From contig JBHGNT010000665.1 in assembly GCA_043228905.1 (NCBI GenBank), positions 1 through 18,127 on the forward strand: 18,127 nt of DNA. The letters are read 5' to 3'. Of the stretch, positions 11,501 through 18,127 are shown in pieces. Below the pieces are notes generated by a model. It had not been told where the DNA came from. It made no database searches and saw only the letters and a list, made by a program, of their open reading frames with translations. The stretch is from Azolla caroliniana (lineage: Eukaryota; Plantae; Polypodiophyta). The position numbers and the translations under genes were made by a program. The stretch's first letter is position 1. Each line of letters opens with the position of its first letter.

Positions 11501-12628
11501 TTACGGACTGAAGCAGGCTCCCCGGCAATGGTACTGGAAGTTCGACTCTTTCATGACCGACGAAGGGTACCACAAAACGCAGTCCGATCACTGCGTGTTT
11601 GTGAAGAAGTTCGAAGGAGGAGACTTTCTAATACTCCTCCTGTACGTGGACGACATGTTGATCGTCGGACGGGACCAGGTCAAGATACGGATGCTGAAGA
11701 AAGCGCTTCACCGAAACTTCTCAATGAAGGACCTGGGTCCGGCGAGGCAAATACTAGGGATGCACATCATCCGGGACCGGAAGAAGAAGCAGTTGTGGCT
11801 GTCACAGGAGAAGTACGTGACAAAGGTGCTTCACCGGTTCAACATGTCGGAAGCAAGACCGGTCGGGTCAACCCTCCCGGCAAACTGCAAGTTGTCCAGC
11901 AAGCAAAGCCCCAAGACAAAGGCTGAGAAGGAGGACATGATGAAAGTACCATACTACCATATGCCTCTGCCGTCGGAAGCTTGATGTACGCAATGGTGTG
12001 TACAAGACCGGACATAGGATATGCAGTCGGAGTGGTGAGCCGGTACATGAGCAATCCCGGCAAAGAGCACTGGAACGCGGCCAAGTGGATACTCCGATAC
12101 CTGAAGGGCACGACAAACGTGTGCCTCCGATTCGGCTCCGGTAAGCCCGAACTCGACGGTTTTACCGATTCGGATATGTCGACTGATGCAGATACCAGCC
12201 GGTCCACATCAGGGTATGTGATGACGTATGCAGGGGGAGCTGTTTCGTGGCAGTCGAGGCTGCAGAAGACGGTTGCATTGTCAACCACGGAGGCGGAGTA
12301 CATGGCGGCTGTTGAAGCCGGCAAGGAAATAATATGGATGAAGGACTTCATTAGAGAGCTCGGTATCCGGCAGGAGGAGTACCGACTCTACTGCGACAGT
12401 CAGAGTGCCATCCACCTTGCGAAGAACGCGGCCTATCACTCCCGGACGAACCACATCCAGCGAAGATATCACTGGATCCGGGAAAGGATAGAAGACCAGG
12501 AGTTCGTGCTGACGAAGATCCACACGGACGAGAACGGGTCAGACATGCTGACCAAAGTGCTCACACCCGACAAGCTGGAAGCGTGCCGGAAGAGGGTCGG
12601 ACTGGAAAGACATCCCATGCTGAAGTGA
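8547..12628 (+). pseudogene. gag-pol: Copia gag-pol polyprotein with a single frameshift at ~11954
   Basis: Gag zinc knuckle CFHCGKPGHFRKNC; protease WVVDSGAS; LWHKRLCH; integrase VHTD / RADNGGEY / NGLAER; RT MDVKTAFLHG and LYVDDM; RNase H GFTDSD, STTEAEY, CDSQSA. ORFs 8538..11984 and 11981..12628 join if 8 bp are removed. Confidence 0.95.
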
Positions 12629-12636
12629 AGGGGGAG
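12627..12636 (+). other. Copia polypurine tract
   Basis: GAAGGGGGAG overlapping the pol stop codon, 2 nt before the 3' LTR. Confidence 0.9.
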
Positions 12637-12638
12637 TT

Positions 12639-13330
12639 TGTTGGGATTACGGTCCCTCCGGATGGGATGGTCGGATGTCCGAGAATCGGGAATGAAGACC
12701 CGAATGAGGAGTACCCGGTATCGGAGCCGGATGTTGAAGACCTGGTTCCGGATCCGGATGATGAAGACCCGGTTCCGGATCCGGATGATGAAGACCCGGT
12801 TCCGGATCCGGATGATGAAGACCCCGGCTACGGAGCCGGATGACGAATGTACCCGGAGAGAGATCCGGATGCGGGGACATATTTGTGAATATGTTTGCCA
12901 AGGGCCCTTGAGGCTATATTTGTAAATAGCCCGAAAGTCATATGTGTATATATATGACTTAGGGCAAACAGTTTTGGGTGTTGTTGCTCATTTTCTGTTT
13001 TTCCACTTAGAGGGAGCGAAGTGAGAGCAGCCGAGAGACAGAGTGAGAGAGAGAGATAAAGGAAGAGGTAGACGCCTCTGTGTAATACCGCCGCCTGTGG
13101 CGAGGACAGCGAGCTCAAGGTCATCGCCTTGCAGCTCGCCATTGTACATTCCCTGCGTATAGTGATAGTTGGAGTCTTACACTCCCGTGGTTTTTCCCGT
13201 CTAGGGTTTTCCACGCTAAACCCTGTGCATTCGAGTCTCTCTCTGTGTTTTCGATTTACTGCTGCATTGATCCGTGTTTCCTCGGTTGTGGCCGAGAGGT
13301 GAAGGTTTTGAAAGCGTCAATTCTCTAACA
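12639..13330 (+). repeat. Copia 3' LTR (692 bp)
   Basis: Near-identical to 7851-8515, with one extra CCGGATGATGAAGACCCGGTTCCGGAT unit. Confidence 0.96.
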
Positions 13331-13369
13331 ATCGCTTCATTTCCTATCTTCCTCGCCATTTCTATCTCC

Positions 13370-13438
13370 TAGTTTCTTCTCATCATTTTCATTGGCTTTT
13401 AGTTTCTCCTCATCATTGTCTCTATTTTTATAGTTTCT
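13370..13438 (+). repeat. Short ~30-bp tandem repeat (2.3 copies)
   Basis: TAGTTTCT(T/C)CTCATCATT.. recurs at ~30-bp spacing. Confidence 0.6.
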
Positions 13439-13440
13439 TT

Positions 13441-14315
13441 CCCGTTCGTGTTCGTGTTCTAGTTCTCGGTGAGGGCCGCACAAGGCCGCTCACTCCCGTT
13501 GGTGTTCGTGTTCCACTTCCCGGTGAGGACCGCACAAGGCCACTCACTCCCGTTGGTGTTCATGTTCCAATTCCCCGTGAGGTCCGCACAAGGCCGCTCA
13601 CTCCCGTTGGTGTTCGTGTTCTAGTTCCCGGTGAGGGTCGCATGGTCGCTCACACACATTCGTGTTCCAATTCCCAGTGAGGGCCGCATGGTCGCTCACG
13701 CCCATCCGTGTTCCTGTTCTCGGTGAGCATGGTCGCTCACGCACGTTCGCGTTCGAGTTCCCGGTGAGGGCCGCATGGTCGCTCACGCCCGTTCGTGTTC
13801 CTGTCCCGGTGAGGGCCGCACATGGCCACTCACTCCCGTTCGTGTTCCTGTTCCTAGTGAGGGCCGCATGGTCGCTCACTCTCGTTCGTGTTCCAGTCTC
13901 CGGTGACAACCGCACATGGTCGCTCACTCCAACTATTGTTCGTGTTCTAGATCTCGGTGAGGACCAACATGGTCGCTCATGCCCGTTGTTGTTCATGTTC
14001 CAGTTCCTAGTGAGGACCACACATGGTCGATTAATGCCATTCATGTTCCTGTTCCCGGTGAGGGCCACATGGTCGCTCACCCGTTCGTGTTCCATTTCTT
14101 GATGAGGACAACATGGTTGCTCACGCTCGTTGGTGTTCGTGTTCCAACTCTCAGCGAGGATTGTTCCAGTTCCCGGCAAGGACCCCACATGGTCACTCAT
14201 GCCCCTTGGTGTTCATGCTCCCCGTGAGGACCGCACATGGTCGATCACACCCGTTGATATTTGTGTTCCAGTCCTACGCGTGAACCACACATGGTCGCTC
14301 ATGCCCGTTGGTGTT
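13441..14315 (+). repeat. Minisatellite, ~17-18 units of ~41-55 bp
   Basis: Consensus approximately CYCCCGTT(GGTGTT)CGTGTTCCAGTTCCCGGTGAGGRCCGCA(CA)TGGTCGCTCA. Confidence 0.93.
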
Positions 14316-14451
14316 AAATACCTCGTCTTGTGGAAGGGTTACTCCTTGTCTAGGATTTACAAAATACTTTTCAGGTGATCTAAGATTTTCATCAACAATA
14401 TCCCCTAAAGTCAACAAACGATTTGGGAAGGCATCGTTTGAGGGGGGATAA
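14316..14451 (+). pseudogene. Chromovirus (Gypsy) integrase chromodomain remnant plus PPT
   Basis: KYLVLWKGYSL (chromodomain YLVxWKGY motif), then after a deletion/frameshift DLQNTFQVI*DFHQQYPLK. PPT GAGGGGGGATAA at 14440-14451. Confidence 0.75.
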
Positions 14452-14809
14452 TGTCAAGATTCGAACTCTTGACATGACCAAGTTATAATCGAGTGTTATG
14501 TGTTAACCACACATCTAACATATAATCATGTATATACTTCCTCATTGTAGGTTTTAGCTAGCATCATGTGCATAATTTCTCCCTTGTATTATTAACACTT
14601 GGCACATGCATGCGTACCTACTGCCTACATGCTCTATTGTATCACATGTGTGCAACAGGTATGCATGCCACTTAGTATAAATAGTTGAGTTCACCTTGAT
14701 GGAATTCAAGGTGAACAATGCCAGTCATGGACATATCAATCTAGTATTTTTGTTTTGCCCAATCTTGTCTCCATGATCTTCATATCTATCTTTATGCTTT
14801 TGTGTCATT
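14452..14809 (+). repeat. Chromovirus 3' LTR (partial, or chimeric and extending to 14878)
   Basis: Starts TGTCAAGA directly after the PPT and has TATAAATA at 14676-14683. Right end uncertain. Confidence 0.68.
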
Positions 14810-14878
14810 CCGTCATCGCTCTGTCGTAGTCTCATCATCCGTGCTTCGTCTTAGTCCACGCTTGGTGTGTCCGTGACA
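14810..14878 (+). repeat. 69-bp direct repeat, copy 2 (Gypsy LTR terminus)
   Basis: 67/69 identical to 7689-7757, ends TGACA. Confidence 0.93.
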
Positions 14879-15257
14879 ACATGGACCCTACATGGATCCC
14901 CCACAAACATGAGAAACAATTCGAGAACACAGATGGGTATTATTATTAGACTTTGACGTGCTACTCTCATGATTTACATGGGCATGATGAGAGTAAATAC
15001 AACAACGATGGTTACGTAACAACTGCTAGGATCAAAAGGGGGTGGGAGCTCATTTGTGAGGACCTCAACCGTTGTAACTTCGTAGCTTAACAAATGTTTA
15101 ATCGGGCACAAAAAACGGTTGTCTTAACATTCTGATAAGCATTTCGGTCAGAGATCACATTCCGTGTGGTGTGAAATCGAATCCAAGCTTGCAATCCACT
15201 TACTCTACGGCCATGGCCACGGACACCGCCCAACCGGCATGACCACCACGACTATGG

Positions 15258-15359
15258 ACACCATCATCAAAACCACCATAACCAAAACCACCATCATCAA
15301 AACCACCACCACCAAAACCACCACCACCATCACCAAAACCGTCACCAGCAACACCACCG
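15258..15359. repeat. Low-complexity (ACC)n / ~15-bp AAAACCACCATCAYC repeat
   Basis: Repeated CAAAACCACCAYCAYC units. Confidence 0.7.
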
Positions 15360-15636
15360 TTTTTGGGGGGAGTTGAAGCTTCGGTCAAAAACAAAAAATA
15401 AATAGTCCAGGATTTGGCGGTTTTGTCAGTCACACTGCGCGCCTCCTTTTTTTCAAAACCGCCAATCCAATCCCCACTCCTCTCTAAATCCTTCTTGCTA
15501 TACAATTTCAATTCGATTTCCAAATCCCTTTCTGCAGACAAAATCCATCCTCATCGCAATCCCAATCCCTCCATTTCTGTACCTTGCTTGTATTGGATTG
15601 CTCTGTCTCCCCATTTCCTTCTCTTCTAGTATTGGA

Positions 15637-15656
15637 TTAGGGTTTAGGGTTTAGGG
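15637..15656 (+). repeat. Short interstitial plant telomere-type repeat (telo-box-like) just upstream of the SKS start codon
   Basis: TTAGGG-TTTAGGG-TTTAGGG. Confidence 0.7.
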
Positions 15657-15685
15657 ATTGTTCTGTCCTTTGGTTTTCCTTGGCT

Positions 15686-15862
15686 ATGGCCATGCCTATC
15701 AGGATCCTGCCTCTGTCCCTGCTCCTCTTCCTCCTCTGTCTCTCTACAGTGATCGAAGCTTCTGGCAGCTTGGTATGGGAAGAAAACAAAGACGATGCCG
15801 TGCAGTCCCTCGCTTGGAACGTGACCTACGCCATCGCTGCACCGCTTGGCGTTCCAAAGAAG
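15686..15862 (+). CDS. SKS: SKU5/SKS-family monocopper oxidase-like protein, exon 1 (signal peptide)
   Basis: MAMPIRILPLSLLLFLLCLS..WNVTYAIAAPLGVPKK, then donor AAG/GT. 177 nt, phase 0. The start could also be the ATG at 15692. Confidence 0.85.
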
Positions 15863-16045
15863 GTTACCATTTCTCCCGATTGTTTTATAATCTCGATCCT
15901 TCTACATACTTTCCTTCTTCGCCTTCTTCGCCATCGCCCATCACCATTTATATGACCATCATCACTATCATCGCCATCACCATACATATCATTGTCTTCT
16001 TTCTTTATCAGATGTGTTTGATTCTCTGTGTCTGTGTGTGTTTAG

Positions 16046-16155
16046 GTTTTGTTGATCAATGGCGAGTTTCCTGGCCCTCAGATCGACACGGTCACAAATG
16101 TAAACCTTCAGATCAATGTGTTCAACAGTATCGACGAGCCTTTGCTATTCACATG
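16046..16155 (+). CDS. SKS: SKU5/SKS-family protein, exon 2
   Basis: TTTAG/ VLLINGEFPGPQIDTVTNVNLQINVFNSIDEPLLFT(W) /GTAAA. 110 nt. Confidence 0.92.
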
Positions 16156-16254
16156 GTAAACAAAAGAAAGAGTGCAGTTTAAGACCCCGAGTGTTCTCCC
16201 TTGATTAAACGAAACCCTAATGCACCTCTTGAAAGGATGGAACCCCTATTCTCG

Positions 16255-16276
16255 CTCTCTCTCTCTCTCTCTCTCT
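16255..16276 (+). repeat. (CT)n microsatellite in intron 2
   Basis: About 11 CT units. Confidence 0.85.
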
Positions 16277-16446
16277 GTAATGAATGAAAAACCTTCTCCT
16301 TCTCCTTCTCCTTAACGATAGGCAATGCATTTCCTGAGTTCTCCATGGCAGCCAGAAGAAATGAATAACCTAATTCGTACTCATGAATGTACAAGAAAAC
16401 ATAACATGTTCTATTTTGGATGCAATGGCCCTAGTTCCATATGCCC

Positions 16447-16573
16447 TAAGTATGACTCGATGCACTTTAAAGAAAGAAAACCCTAATTTTTGTTTAAAGA
16501 AACTAAACTCTTAAGTATGACTCGATGCACTTTAAAGAAAGAAAACCCTAATTTTTGTTTAAAGAAACTAAAC
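16447..16573 (+). repeat. 65-bp-period tandem duplication in intron 2
   Basis: 62 identical bp at 16447-16508 and 16512-16573. Confidence 0.9.
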
Positions 16574-16633
16574 ACTAAAGTCCTAAGAACAAAGGAACGA
16601 ATGAGAAGCCAAGTTGAATGTCTGTGCGTGCAG

Positions 16634-16904
16634 GAATGGCATTTGGCAGAGACGATCATCATGGCAAGACGGAGTGTTAGGTACGAACTGTCCGATTCTT
16701 CCCGGACAGAACTTCACGTATTTCTTTCAAGTGAAGGATCAGATAGGGAGCTACTTCTATTTCCCTACCACAGGGTTTCTTAAGGCTGCAGGTGGCTATG
16801 GCGGCATCAAGGTTGATAACAGAGTAATCATCCCTCTTCCTTATGCAACCCCAGATGCTGATCTCTTCCTGCATATTGGAGATTGGTACAATGCCAATCA
16901 CACT
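16634..16904 (+). CDS. SKS: SKU5/SKS-family protein, exon 3
   Basis: CAG/ NGIWQRRSSWQDGVLGTNCPILPGQNFTYFFQVKDQIGSYFYFP..IGDWYNANHT /GTAAGT. The HWHG and WYHxH copper ligands of laccases are replaced by TWNG and FYFP, as in the SKS family. Confidence 0.93.
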
Positions 16905-17339
16905 GTAAGTCTTTTCCTCCTATGTCATGGATTAAGGTTTAGAGTTTTTTGGTCATCGTTTAATGTTTAATTTTCAGTGTTTCACGGTTACTGTGTCTTG
17001 GATTTAGGGTTTGAGGTTTATCATGTAGCCTATACTGTGTAGAGTTAATGGATGGGTTTAGCATTAAACGTGTAGTGCATGGAGTTTAGGGTTTGGCAAT
17101 TAGCGTGTAGTGTGTGTGGAGTTCATGGTTTAGTGTGCTAGGGCTGTTAAAGAATTTTAGGTTTAAGATTAGAGGGGCTAAAGCTTAAAAGGATTTAGTT
17201 TAGTCTTACGACAAATGTGGAGGTTAGTTAGGTTATGTGATTAATCTGCAGTTTCATCTCGTGTGTTTTGCTTATTGGATGCTTCACTTTATCCCAGAGA
17301 AGAAACCCTAAATCTTTCTGGTCTGGAAATAAACCCTAG

Positions 17340-17794
17340 GATCTTCAAGCTCTGCTGGATGGAGGTGGATCTCTGGGCCCACCAGACGGAATCCTGATCA
17401 ATGGGAAAGCACCCTTTGGCACAGTCTTGAGCCTGGAGCAAGGCAAAACCTACAGGCTAAGGATCTCAAATGTGGGCATCTCCACATCTCTCAACTTCAG
17501 GATTTCTGGCCATAACCTCACAGTTGTGGAGGCAGAGGGCTCCCACACACAGCAGAACAGCTACCCGAATCTTGACATACATGTCGGCCAATCCTACTCT
17601 GTTCTTATCACATTGAATCAAGCTCCTGGAGATTACTACATTGTGGCCAGCTCCAGATTTACAACTGAGCAGCAGTCCCTGACTGGAATTGGAGTCCTTC
17701 ATTATTCAAATTCAGGCAGCAATGTCTCTGGGCTGTTACCCCTGGGGCCGACCGCCGAGATCGAGTACTCGGCTGACCAAGCCAGATCGATCCG
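17340..17794 (+). CDS. SKS: SKU5/SKS-family protein, exon 4
   Basis: TAG/ DLQALLDGGGSLGPPDGILINGK..GKTYRLRISNVGISTSLNFRISGH..VEAEGSHT..LDIHVGQSYSVL..DYYIVASSRF..QARSI(R) /GTATA. Phases are consistent with the neighbouring exons. Confidence 0.92.
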
Positions 17795-18112
17795 GTATAT
17801 ATATAATAATCTCTAACTCAGGAATCAGGATACAAATTTTAAGGGGGGAAAAATACCCACACTATATTACATAGGTTTGGGCATTCTGACCAGAAAGAAT
17901 TCACCCTAACCCTATGGTAGCATGAAAAAAACACTCTTTTTTTTTCTTTGTGTATATATAATAATCTCAACTCTGGAATCAGGATGCAAAATACCCACGA
18001 CATTACATGTTTTGGGCATTCTGACCAGAGAAGAATTAGCCCTAACCCTATGTAAGCATGAAAAAAACTCATGAACAAAGTTTTTTTTTTGTGATTGTTT
18101 TTTTTTTTGTAG
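17795..18112 (+). repeat. Intron 4 consisting of two diverged tandem copies (~157 + ~161 bp)
   Basis: GTATATATA..ATAATCTC..GGAATCAGGAT..AAAATACCCAC..TTTGGGCATTCTGACCAGA..CCCTAACCCTATG..GCATGAAAAAAAC..polyT occurs at 17795-17951 and again at 17952-18112. Confidence 0.88.
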
Positions 18113-18127
18113 GTGGAACTTGACAGC
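18113..18127 (+). CDS. SKS: SKU5/SKS-family protein, start of exon 5 (gene continues beyond the window)
   Basis: Poly-T tract and TGTAG/ then (R)WNLTA, completing the conserved SIRWNLTA motif. Confidence 0.85.

Larger units (their letters stand above)
7851..13330 (+). mobile_element. Full-length Ty1/Copia LTR retrotransposon (Tnt1/Tork-like)
   Basis: Paired LTRs TGTTG...TAACA, PBS for initiator tRNA-Met, gag-PR-INT-RT-RH domain order, and PPT. Imperfect 5-bp TSD ATTGT/ATCGC. The lineage is a motif-based impression. Confidence 0.96.

Noticed and set aside
8600-12523. Numerous antisense and alternate-frame ORFs over the Copia pol (likewise over the Gypsy pol)
   Set aside because: Expected shadow ORFs of GC-rich coding sequence.
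12583-12925. Acidic PDDEDPVPD-repeat and other LTR ORFs (also 7760..8399, 12828..13214)
   Set aside because: They are translations of the 27-bp LTR repeat and of non-coding LTR sequence, with no domain similarity.
13598-14227. Repeat-protein ORFs in the minisatellite
   Set aside because: Unit lengths are often not multiples of three, so the frame is not preserved.
13441-14315. CRISPR-like array (hairpin repeats at regular spacing)
   Set aside because: The linkers are homologous to each other rather than unique spacers, there are no cas genes, and the context is eukaryotic.
15164-15541. Gly-rich (-), Thr-rich (+) or extensin-like Pro-rich ORFs
   Set aside because: These are by-products of an (ACC)n low-complexity tract. 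The Pro frame has a stop, and there is no signal peptide or convincing start.

Overview
Land-plant nuclear DNA. A fern or other non-seed plant is plausible, but that is inference. About 14.9 kb of nested retroelement sequence lies upstream of a multi-exon SKU5/SKS-family monocopper-oxidase-like gene that runs off the right edge. From left to right: a decayed PLS-class PPR fragment (-); a 5'-truncated L1-type LINE (-) with an 18-bp TSD; a 5'-truncated non-chromovirus Ty3/Gypsy pol (+) frameshifted by a 28-bp duplication, followed by a PPT and a ~1.68-kb 3' LTR; a full-length, young Tnt1/Tork-like Ty1/Copia element (7851-13330) broken by an 8-bp hAT-footprint-like insertion; a ~17-unit hairpin-bearing minisatellite; the chromodomain, PPT and LTR remnant of a chromovirus, whose LTR ends in a 69-bp copy of the first Gypsy LTR's terminus; and SKS exons 1-5. 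The most unusual observation is a 5S rRNA internal-promoter segment (A-box/IE/C-box, the part Cassandra TRIMs carry) inside a chain of hairpins in the LTR of a pol-coding Gypsy element. The chimeric LTR terminus, the hairpin array and strong CCGG enrichment in the Copia also deserve follow-up. All alignments, counts and base-pairings were done by eye.
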